From NCBI RefSeq assembly GCF_000195855.1, contig NC_002677.1, positions 690,001 to 722,000 of the forward strand: a DNA stretch of 32,000 nucleotides, read 5' to 3'. The DNA is from Mycobacterium leprae TN. Its GTDB lineage: Bacteria; Actinomycetota; Actinomycetes; Mycobacteriales; Mycobacteriaceae. The notes beneath the pieces are model-generated. The model did not search any database. It saw only the letters and a program-made list of their open reading frames with translations, and was not told the origin of the DNA. Shown here in pieces: positions 24,234-32,000 of this stretch (its first letter is position 1; every line of letters begins with the position of its first letter). Both the position numbers and the translations under genes were made by a program.

Positions 24234-25031
24234 TCAGGTGAACCGGAACCAGTGAAGTGCCGCGAGCGCCGCGAGCGTGCCCCATGCCGTCAGGATGATG
24301 ACCCCGAACCAGTCCACCGACAGAGTCATCGCCTGCGACAGCGCCTCTGTCAGTGCACCCGAGGGGGTTAGGCGGGCTGCCCACTTAACCACCGCCGAGA
24401 TCATGTTCATCTTGACAGTTAGCGCGCCAAGTCCGGCGAACACGAACCACATCAGGTTGGCTACTGCGAGGACGATCTCGGCCCGCAAGGTGCCGCCGAG
24501 CAGCAGGCCAAGTGCCGCTAAGCCCGCGGTGCCCAGCGCGATGATCGCCGCACCCAGCGCCAAACAGATCAGCGCCGGCCGCCAACCCAGCATAACGCCA
24601 ATGGCGCCCAAGATGATTGCCTGCAAGAACACAACGGTTACGACTGCCAGGGACTTGCCGGCAATGATACCCCAAACCGGTAGCGGGGTGGCTCCGAATC
24701 TTTTGAGTGCGCCGTAGCGACGATCAAAAGCAACCGCGATGGCTTGCCCGGTGAATGCGCTAGAGACCACTGCCAGCGCCATGATGACCGGTACAAACGT
24801 GGTGGCGCGATGGTGGCCGAAGGAGCCAAGTGGCAGCAGTGTGAGGCCGATCAGCAGGGTGATCGGGATGAACATGGTCAGCAGCAATTGCTCGCCGTTG
24901 CGTAGCAGCAGCTTAAGCTCCAGCATAAACTGTGCGGCCACCATCCGGGTCACGGCGTTGGGTCGGGGATTTGGAGTGAAAGTGCCAGCGGGAAATAGTG
25001 GGCTGTTCCTTAGTGTGTTGTTTTGCGTCAC
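24234..25031 (-). CDS. ABC transporter permease (ABC-2 type)
   Basis: LLLRNGEQLLLTMFIPITLLIGLTLLPL, SSAFTGQAIAVAFDRRYGALKRFGATPLPVWGIIAGKSLAV. GTG start at 25031 abuts the ATPase stop (1 nt overlap); the supplied ORF extends to 25130. Confidence 0.92.
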   Translation of the reverse strand: MTQNNTLRNSPLFPAGTFTPNPRPNAVTRMVAAQFMLELKLLLRNGEQLLLTMFIPITLLIGLTLLPLGSFGHHRATTFVPVIMALAVVSSAFTGQAIAVAFDRRYGALKRFGATPLPVWGIIAGKSLAVVTVVFLQAIILGAIGVMLGWRPALICLALGAAIIALGTAGLAALGLLLGGTLRAEIVLAVANLMWFVFAGLGALTVKMNMISAVVKWAARLTPSGALTEALSQAMTLSVDWFGVIILTAWGTLAALAALHWFRFT

Positions 25032-25978
25032 TACCGCAACTTCCTGCCGGTGAGATCCAGGAACACGTCTTCGAGGCTGTGTTGCTCGACCCGCATATTG
25101 GTGGTCAGCACATTGATTTGTGCGCACCAAGCCGTGACGGTCGCCAGCACCTGGGGGTCGATGGGGCCTGCGACCAAGTACTCGCCCGGAGTGAGCTCCG
25201 TGGTCTTGTAGTCCTCCGGTAGTGCGAACGCCAAGAGTGACAAGTCCAGCCGCGGCGGCGCGCTAAACCGCAGCTGGTCTTTAGCGCCGGTGTGCATCAA
25301 TTCGGTCGGCGTTCCGGCGGCAATCATGCGTCCGTGGTCAATGATGACCAGTCGGTCGGCGAGTTCCTCAGCCTCTTTCAGTTGGTGAGTGGTCAGCACC
25401 ACTGTCACGCCGTCTCGGCGCAGCGTGTCGATCAACTCCCACACCAGCAGCCTGGCGTGCGTATCCATGCCCGCGGTGGGCTCGTCCAGGAATACCAGTT
25501 CGGGACGGCCGACCAACGTGCAGGCCAGGGCAAGCCGTTGCTGCTGGCCGCCGGACAGTCGCCGGTAGGTGGTGCGGGCAACGTCGGTGAGGCCTAAGGT
25601 TTCCAGCAGCCACTCTGGGTCCAGCGGGTCAGCGGCATATGAGGCCACCAGGTTGAGCATTTCTCCTGCGCGTGCTGCTGGGTAACCGCCCCCACCCTGC
25701 AACATTACTCCGATACGGGCGCGCAGACGTGCGTTGTCGGTGATAGGGTCCAGGCCGAGTACCTCAATCGTGCCGGCATCGGGACGTACGAAGCCCTCGC
25801 ACATCTCAACCGTCGTCGTCTTGCCGGCGCCGTTGGGCCCCAGCAGGGCCAGTACCTCGGCGGAATGGATGTCCAGATCGAGGTTCGATACAGCCAATAT
25901 GGACCCGTAGTGCTTGCATACCCCGCGTAGCCGGATGACGACTTCGGGAGTTTCGGGGACTGTGCAGGCCGAGCTCAT
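25031..25978 (-). CDS. ABC transporter ATP-binding protein
   Basis: Walker A LLGPNGAGKTTTVEMCEGF, signature RRLSGGQQQRLALACTLVG, Walker B LVFLDEPTAGMD. Confidence 0.97.
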   Translation of the reverse strand: MSSACTVPETPEVVIRLRGVCKHYGSILAVSNLDLDIHSAEVLALLGPNGAGKTTTVEMCEGFVRPDAGTIEVLGLDPITDNARLRARIGVMLQGGGGYPAARAGEMLNLVASYAADPLDPEWLLETLGLTDVARTTYRRLSGGQQQRLALACTLVGRPELVFLDEPTAGMDTHARLLVWELIDTLRRDGVTVVLTTHQLKEAEELADRLVIIDHGRMIAAGTPTELMHTGAKDQLRFSAPPRLDLSLLAFALPEDYKTTELTPGEYLVAGPIDPQVLATVTAWCAQINVLTTNMRVEQHSLEDVFLDLTGRKLR

Positions 25979-27756
25979 GTTAAGTTAGCGTAGGCGGTCG
26001 GCAGCCGGGTCGCAGGAGACGCGGAGTTCTGCGAGGTCTCCGGGTCCGGTGCAACAACCCTCACCAGTTGTTGATCCAGTTCGCTCCTCTTGGCTGGGAC
26101 CATCTGGAGTGGTCGCCATGGCAAGCGGGTGTAGGTTAGTGCAATGAGCACCAACACGATGATGGTGCTGGCCACGGTGGCATCCACAATTTGGAACAGC
26201 GCGAAACGATCACCGTTGGCCGTAGGGCCGAAGACGCCCACGACGATGGTGACGGTGATTGCAGCCACTCGGAAGCCGGTGCGGGTCGCCCAGGCGGCTA
26301 GCGGAATGATGGCCCACAGCAGATACCAGGGTTGCACGACGGGAAACAGCAACACCGTGACGCCCAGCGCGACGCCGAGGCCGCCGATCGGGTGTAGCCG
26401 ACCGCGGAACACAGCTAGCAACAACCAACAGGCCATGACCATGATGATCAGTACGCCGATGCCGCGGGTCAACGACAGCACTGCAGTGGTGTGATCCCCC
26501 AGACCCAGCAGAATACCCACGTGCCCGGTACCGAGAGCTAGTAGCGTCGGCGGTGACATCCAGCTGCGTACTACGTTTGCGGTGCCCAACGTGTAGATCC
26601 AGCCAAACCCGAGTCCACTGGCCCAGCCAACGATGCCCATCACTGCCAGAGACAATCCTGCCATCCACAAGCTGACCATTAGCAGTGCTTGCGGGGTACT
26701 GCCAAGTCGGCAGGCTAGCGCCATCGCGACGAATCCCAGTGCCAGCAGCGACGGCAGCTTCACTTGTGAAGACAGTACGATCAGGATCGAACCGGCCAGC
26801 AACATGCCCAGCGGCTCCCAATTCGAGCCGAACCGGATTGCCTGGCTTGTAAGCGTGCCGCTGTGTTGCCTGCCGGTACCTCCACCGCGCCAGGAGGTGG
26901 GTATCACTCGTGTTGTGGACGAGAAGTCAATGCCACGCAGAGCGAATTCGGCCCCTGTGAGCATAAGCCCTAGCATCGGTGCCTCGTTGTGGATGCCGGC
27001 GACTAGATGCATGATTAGCAGTGGGTTGGCTGCACCTAGCCATAACGCGCTAACCTCGACCACGCCGCAGCGTCGGGCCAGTTGCGGGGTTGCCCACACG
27101 ACCAGGCCGACGCCGATTAACATCATCAACCGGTGGCAGAGTACCGCGGCGACGATGTTGTCTCCGGTCAGTGCTGAGATTCCGCGCCCGATCCACAAAA
27201 ACAGTGGGCCGTAGGGTGCGGGTGTTTCCCGCCATAGGCTGGGTACCGAAAGCGTGAACACCTGGCCTAGTCCCAGTGCGGACGCCGGACCTACCCGGTA
27301 AGGGTCGAGTCCCTGTAGGGAGATCTGGCTTTGCGCGAGGTAGGAGTAGACATCCTTGCTGTACATCGGTGGTGCAATCAATAGCGGCAGCGTCCACAGC
27401 AACAGGGTGCGGTCCAGCTCGCCGCGCGACATCTGTCTCCTGCCCAGCGCGAACCGGCCGAGCATCAACCAGGCCAGCGTCATCATGACCGCCCCGGTTG
27501 TAGTCATCGTCAACGAGACCGTCTGGATTCTTGACGGCAGATTGAGCAGCCGAACCCCGAACGTGGGGTCCTGGATGACGGGCCTGGCCCCTGCTCCGAG
27601 CGCGCCAATCGCCATCAGGATGGTGCCGGTAGCCCCAAACAAGCGGGTGCGCTGTAGTGCGCCACGGTCGGCATCGTTCAGTGGTGAGCCCACTGCCTGC
27701 TCATCACCATGCAAGCTGGCGATGGATGAGCTCAGTGTGTGGTGGCGGGCTGCCAT
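25975..27756 (-). CDS. mptB: Polytopic membrane glycosyltransferase, MptB-like alpha-(1->6)-mannopyranosyltransferase
   Basis: 593 aa multi-TM protein; PPMYSKDVYSYLAQSQISLQGLDPY, WRETPAPYGPLFLWIGRGI, WLGAANPLLIMHLVAGIHNEAPMLGLMLTG, VQPWYLLWAIIPLAAW. ATGA overlap with the downstream ATPase gene. Confidence 0.88.
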   Translation of the reverse strand: MAARHHTLSSSIASLHGDEQAVGSPLNDADRGALQRTRLFGATGTILMAIGALGAGARPVIQDPTFGVRLLNLPSRIQTVSLTMTTTGAVMMTLAWLMLGRFALGRRQMSRGELDRTLLLWTLPLLIAPPMYSKDVYSYLAQSQISLQGLDPYRVGPASALGLGQVFTLSVPSLWRETPAPYGPLFLWIGRGISALTGDNIVAAVLCHRLMMLIGVGLVVWATPQLARRCGVVEVSALWLGAANPLLIMHLVAGIHNEAPMLGLMLTGAEFALRGIDFSSTTRVIPTSWRGGGTGRQHSGTLTSQAIRFGSNWEPLGMLLAGSILIVLSSQVKLPSLLALGFVAMALACRLGSTPQALLMVSLWMAGLSLAVMGIVGWASGLGFGWIYTLGTANVVRSWMSPPTLLALGTGHVGILLGLGDHTTAVLSLTRGIGVLIIMVMACWLLLAVFRGRLHPIGGLGVALGVTVLLFPVVQPWYLLWAIIPLAAWATRTGFRVAAITVTIVVGVFGPTANGDRFALFQIVDATVASTIIVLVLIALTYTRLPWRPLQMVPAKRSELDQQLVRVVAPDPETSQNSASPATRLPTAYANLT

Positions 27757-27937
27757 CAGAGGAGCGTAGCCCTAACGACGAGGCGAGTCCCGGAACGCGA
27801 GCCGTTGCGGGACGGGGTTATCAGGCTTAGCAGCATGCCAGCCGGCGCTGGGGCAAGGTTCAGGATGTGATGTGCTCAACGTTCACCGAGGGTACCCTTC
27901 CCTAGACCGATCGCCAGAATTGCGTCACACTGGTGTT

Positions 27938-28636
27938 GTGAAAATCCGGTCGGAGCTGGATGCTGCTACGACAGTCGCAGTGTCGGATGGTCACACTCGC
28001 CGCGCGGTGGTGCGCTTGTTGCTGGAGTCCGGGTCGATCACCGCCGGTGAAATCAGCGACCGTCTGGGTCTGTCGGCCGCAGGCGTGCGACGTCATCTCG
28101 ATGTGCTCATCGAGATGGGCGACGCTGAGTCCGCGACTGCGGCGCCCTGGCAGCAGGTTGGCCGCGGCCGCCCCGCCAAGCACTATCGGCTGACCGCGGT
28201 GGGCCGGGCCAAGCTCGGTCATGCTTACGACACCTTGGCGTCGGCTGCTATGCGACAACTGCGGGAAATCGGCGGGGAGGACGCTGTTCGCACGTTCGCT
28301 CGACAACGTATCGACGCGATCTTGGCCGATGTTGAGCCAGCCGGTGGCGGAGCCGACGTTGAGGCAGCCGCCAACCGGGTTGCCAGTGCGCTGAGTGACG
28401 CCGGTTACGTCGCAACCACCGCGCGGGTGGGCGGACCGATCCACGGAGTGGAGATCTGCCAGCATCATTGTCCAGTGTCCCATGTCGCCGAGGAATTCCC
28501 CGAGTTGTGTGAAACCGAGCAGCAGGCCATTGCCGAGGTGCTCGGAACCCACGTGCAGCGGTTGGCGATGATCGTCAACGGAGATTGTGCCTGTACTACC
28601 CACGTGCCACTCATGTCGGTACCAAGCAAGACCTAG
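27938..28636 (+). CDS. sufR: SufR-like transcriptional regulator (ArsR/DeoR-type HTH with C-terminal Fe-S-binding cysteines)
   Basis: ITAGEISDRLGLSAAGVRRHLDVLIEMGDAE (winged HTH), GRGRPAKHYRLT, HGVEICQHHCPVSHVAEEFPELC. Located directly upstream of sufB. Alternative ATG start at 27872; GTG at 27938 gives VKIRSELDAA. Confidence 0.9.
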   Translation: MKIRSELDAATTVAVSDGHTRRAVVRLLLESGSITAGEISDRLGLSAAGVRRHLDVLIEMGDAESATAAPWQQVGRGRPAKHYRLTAVGRAKLGHAYDTLASAAMRQLREIGGEDAVRTFARQRIDAILADVEPAGGGADVEAAANRVASALSDAGYVATTARVGGPIHGVEICQHHCPVSHVAEEFPELCETEQQAIAEVLGTHVQRLAMIVNGDCACTTHVPLMSVPSKT

Positions 28637-28687
28637 CAGTGCGGCACTCAGGCCGCGCCACACAACGAGCACCAAAGGAGCGCTCAG

Positions 28688-31297
28688 ATGACACGCACGT
28701 CAGAGACTACGAAGTCGCCGGCTCCCGAGTTGTTGACCCAGCAGCAGGCAATCGACTCGCTGGGTAAATACGGTTACGGGTGGGCGGATTCCGACGTCGC
28801 GGGCGCCAGCGCGCGGCGCGGGCTCTCCGAAGATGTTGTTCGGGACATATCAGCGAAAAAGGATGAGCCGGAATGGATGCTGCAGGCCAGGCTAAAGGCG
28901 TTGCGTGTCTTTGAGCGTAAGCCCATGCCGCGCTGGGGTTCCAATCTCGATGGGATCGATTTCGACAACATCAAGTACTTCGTGCGCTCTACCGAGAAGC
29001 AGGCCGCCAGCTGGGATGAGCTGCCAGAAGACATCCGCAACACCTACGACCGGCTAGGAATCCCGGACGCGGAAAAGCAGCGTCTCGTTGCCGGCGTAGC
29101 GGCGCAATACGAGTCAGAGGTAGTTTACCACCAAATCAGAGCGGACTTGAAGGATCAAGGTGTCGTCTTCCTCGACACAGAAACGGGTTTGCGGGAATAC
29201 CCTGACATCTTCAAGCAGTACTTAGGCACTGTGATCCCGGCGGGCGATAATAAGTTTTCCGCATTGAATACGGCAGTGTGGAGTGGCGGGTGTCTAACCG
29301 CCGATGCTCGTATTAATGTCAAGGGCAAGGGCTTGGTGAGTATTGCCGATGTCCAGCCCGGTGATGAAGTGTTTGGTGTAAATATTGGATGCGAACTCGA
29401 GCGTGGCAAAGTGTTGGCTAAGGTGGCAAGCGGCACCAAGCCCGTATACGAGATGCACGTTGCAGGTCGGGCCCTCGAAGCAACCGGAAACCATCAATTC
29501 TTAGTGGCAAGGAGAGTCGAGGAGGGTAAGCGCACACGGTGGACGGCCGTTTGGGCACCACTCGAGGAGATTGAGTCGGGTGAGCCGATCGCGGTCGCTC
29601 GCGTGTTGCCCGACGATAGCGGAACCATTTTCTTCTCCGAGTCGGAACTGGACATCAAGAACCGAACCCGGCAGTGTCTCTATTTTCCATGCCAGAACAG
29701 CGTTGATCTGCTTTGGCTCTTGGGATTGTGGCTAGGTGATGGTCATACCGCTGCACCGCATAAGCACATGCGGCAAGTCGCGTTCTCGGTCCCTGCAGGT
29801 GATCCAGTGCATCACACTGCCATCCGGGTGGTGAGTGAACAGTTCGGTGCCAACGTCACAGTGGTGAATTGTGGATTCATCGTGAGTTCCAAGGCTTTCG
29901 AGACATGGCTTGCAGAACTTGGATTTTCCGGAGACGAGAAAACCAAGCGGCTGCCTGCCTGGATTTATAGCTTGCCGCATGAGCACCAGCTCGCGCTTAT
30001 TGGCGGACTGGTCGATGCTGATGGTTGGACCGAGAGCAGTGGTGCCACCATGTCGATCGCGTTTGCCAGCCGGGAGCTGCTCGAAGACGTCAGGCAACTT
30101 GCTATCGGTTGCGGGCTATACCCCGACGGGGCGCTCGTTGAGCGAACACGGAGTGCAACCTGCAGGGACGGTCGCATCGTCACGAGCACGAGTTGGCGGT
30201 TGCGGATTCAGGGCAGTCTCGACCGAGTAGGTACTCGTACACCTGGCAAGCGAGGGAAACCGGTGAGCAACAAGGGGAGAAGACAGCGGTATGTTGCTGC
30301 CGCTGGGCTTAATTTCTCGTCATTGTCCACCGATACCGTCGGCTTCGCACGTTTGAAGAGTAAGACGCTGGTGGGCGAGAAGCCCACCTACGACATCCAG
30401 GTTGTGGGTTTGGAGAATTTCGTTGCAAACGGGATCGTGGCGCACAACAGCTTCATTTATGTCCCGCCGGGTGTGCACGTTGATATCCCGCTGCAAGCCT
30501 ATTTCCGGATCAATACCGAGAACATGGGTCAGTTCGAGCGGACGTTGATCATCGCCGATACGGGCTCGTACGTGCATTACGTTGAGGGTTGTACCGCACC
30601 AATCTACAAGTCGGACTCGCTGCACTCCGCGGTGGTCGAAATCATCGTGAAACCGCATGCTCGCGTTCGCTATACGACCATCCAGAACTGGTCGAACAAC
30701 GTCTACAACTTAGTCACCAAGCGCGCCCGTGTTGAAACGGGTGCCACCATGGAGTGGATCGACGGCAACATCGGGTCTAAGGTCACCATGAAGTACCCGG
30801 CGGTTTGGATGACCGGTGAACACGCCAAAGGTGAGGTGTTGTCAGTGGCGTTCGCTGGTGAAGGCCAGCACCAGGATACCGGGGCCAAGATGCTGCACCT
30901 GGCGTCGAACACGTCGAGTAATATTGTGTCCAAGTCGGTGGCCCGAGGTGGGGGCCGCACCTCCTACCGTGGTCTGGTGCAGGTTAATAAAGGTGCACAC
31001 GGGTCGCGCTCCAGCGTAAAATGCGATGCGCTGCTGGTTGATACGATCAGCCGCAGTGACACGTATCCGTACGTCGATATCCGCGAAGACGACGTCACGA
31101 TGGGCCATGAGGCCACCGTCTCGAAGGTCAGCGAGAACCAGTTGTTCTACTTGATGAGCCGTGGGTTGGCCGAGGATGAGGCAATGGCGATGGTGGTGCG
31201 CGGCTTCGTCGAGCCGATAGCCAAGGAGCTACCGATGGAGTACGCGCTGGAACTCAACCGATTGATCGAATTGCAGATGGAGGGTGCGGTCGGATGA
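28688..31297 (+). CDS. sufB: Fe-S cluster assembly protein SufB, precursor containing an in-frame intein
   Basis: 869 aa. Exteins: KYGYGWADSDVAGASARRGLSEDVVRDIS and SFIYVPPGVHVDIPLQAYFRINTENMGQFERTLIIAD...VEGCTAPIY...SRGLAEDEAMAMVVRGFVEPIAKELPMEYALELNRLI; interrupted by the intein at 29291-30448. Confidence 0.97.
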   Translation: MTRTSETTKSPAPELLTQQQAIDSLGKYGYGWADSDVAGASARRGLSEDVVRDISAKKDEPEWMLQARLKALRVFERKPMPRWGSNLDGIDFDNIKYFVRSTEKQAASWDELPEDIRNTYDRLGIPDAEKQRLVAGVAAQYESEVVYHQIRADLKDQGVVFLDTETGLREYPDIFKQYLGTVIPAGDNKFSALNTAVWSGGCLTADARINVKGKGLVSIADVQPGDEVFGVNIGCELERGKVLAKVASGTKPVYEMHVAGRALEATGNHQFLVARRVEEGKRTRWTAVWAPLEEIESGEPIAVARVLPDDSGTIFFSESELDIKNRTRQCLYFPCQNSVDLLWLLGLWLGDGHTAAPHKHMRQVAFSVPAGDPVHHTAIRVVSEQFGANVTVVNCGFIVSSKAFETWLAELGFSGDEKTKRLPAWIYSLPHEHQLALIGGLVDADGWTESSGATMSIAFASRELLEDVRQLAIGCGLYPDGALVERTRSATCRDGRIVTSTSWRLRIQGSLDRVGTRTPGKRGKPVSNKGRRQRYVAAAGLNFSSLSTDTVGFARLKSKTLVGEKPTYDIQVVGLENFVANGIVAHNSFIYVPPGVHVDIPLQAYFRINTENMGQFERTLIIADTGSYVHYVEGCTAPIYKSDSLHSAVVEIIVKPHARVRYTTIQNWSNNVYNLVTKRARVETGATMEWIDGNIGSKVTMKYPAVWMTGEHAKGEVLSVAFAGEGQHQDTGAKMLHLASNTSSNIVSKSVARGGGRTSYRGLVQVNKGAHGSRSSVKCDALLVDTISRSDTYPYVDIREDDVTMGHEATVSKVSENQLFYLMSRGLAEDEAMAMVVRGFVEPIAKELPMEYALELNRLIELQMEGAVG
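29291..30448 (+). other. Intein within SufB (386 aa) with LAGLIDADG homing endonuclease domain
   Basis: Starts at Cys (CLTADARINVKGKGLVSIADVQPGDEVFG) after WSGG; block B GNHQFLV; endonuclease-type blocks LLWLLGLWLGDG (29708-29743) and LALIGGLVDADGW (29990-30028); ends TYDIQVVGLENFVANGIVAHN followed by Ser+1 of the C-extein. Confidence 0.97.
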
Positions 31298-32000
31298 CCG
31301 CTGTTGAAGGATCTTCACTTACAGCATTGAATAAGGGGAGGTTGTTCGCGTCGTTTGATGTCGACGCTTTCGAAGTGCCCGGTGGCCGTGACGAGATTTG
31401 GCGGTTTACGCCGCTGCGGAGGTTGCGCGGCCTACACGACGGCTCGGCCGTGGCCAATGGCAAGGTGCATATTAGAGTCAGCCAGCAGTCTGGTGTGCAG
31501 ACCGAGATCGTGGGCCGTGGCGACGGACGGCTGGGGCAGGGCGGCATCCCCACTGATCGTGTTGCAGCCCAGGCATTTTCGTCGTTCCAGTCCGCGACGG
31601 TGGTCACTGTCGGGCGGGATATGCAGATCGCTACCCCGATCAACATCGCCGTAACCGGGCCCGACAAAGGCGCAGTGGTGTACGGTCATCTACAGATCAG
31701 GGTCTGCAAATTTGGCGAAGCTGTCGTGGTCATTGACCACCGGGGGAGTGGAACTTACGCCGACAACGTCGAGTTCATTGTCGAGGCCGCCGCACGGCTC
31801 ACCGTGGTGTGGATTGCTGACTGGGCCGACGATATGGTTCATCTCAGCGCACATCATGCCCTGCTGGGCAAAGATGCGGTGCTGCGGCATATCACTGTCA
31901 CACTGGGTGGCGAGGTCGTCCGGGTGTCGGCCAATGTACGGTTCTCCGGGCCCGGTGGCGATGCCGAGCTGCTGGGTTTGTACTTCGCCGACGACGGGCA
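31294..32000 (+). CDS. sufD: Fe-S cluster assembly protein SufD, 3' end beyond the window
   Basis: MTAVEGSSLTALNKGRLFASFDVDAFEVPGGRDEIWRFTPLRRLRGLHDG..., ATGA overlap with the sufB stop; ORF open to the window end. Confidence 0.92.
   Translation, partial: MTAVEGSSLTALNKGRLFASFDVDAFEVPGGRDEIWRFTPLRRLRGLHDGSAVANGKVHIRVSQQSGVQTEIVGRGDGRLGQGGIPTDRVAAQAFSSFQSATVVTVGRDMQIATPINIAVTGPDKGAVVYGHLQIRVCKFGEAVVVIDHRGSGTYADNVEFIVEAAARLTVVWIADWADDMVHLSAHHALLGKDAVLRHITVTLGGEVVRVSANVRFSGPGGDAELLGLYFADDG

Noticed and set aside
26210-27397. Several 110-200-aa ORFs overlapping mptB
   Set aside because: Mutually overlapping with a 593-aa membrane glycosyltransferase carrying consistent motifs and ATGA coupling to the next gene.

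Overview
The window has the gene content and order of a decaying Mycobacterium leprae-type chromosome. Family assignments come from recognised protein motifs and recalled mycobacterial homologs; no database was searched. Intact genes: an L,D-transpeptidase (-), the gap-pgk-tpiA glycolytic operon (+), secG (+), ppc (+), pgl/devB (-), tal and tkt (-), ctaB (+), ctaA (-), a two-gene ABC exporter plus an MptB-like mannosyltransferase (-), and sufR-sufB-sufD (+, sufD truncated by the window edge). Between them lie pseudogenes: an IS3-family transposase relic (~0.48-1.64 kb), a frameshifted opcA, a heavily broken zwf, a broken qor, a broken ATP-grasp-like gene, and several stretches with no recognisable coding function. 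The most notable element is a full-length intein with a LAGLIDADG endonuclease region inside sufB (29291-30448, 386 aa). Other points of interest are loss of zwf/opcA while pgl/tal/tkt persist, an intact ppc next to the glycolytic operon, and an AT-rich tandem repeat upstream of gap. I found no convincing previously undescribed multi-gene system, CRISPR array, rRNA or tRNA.
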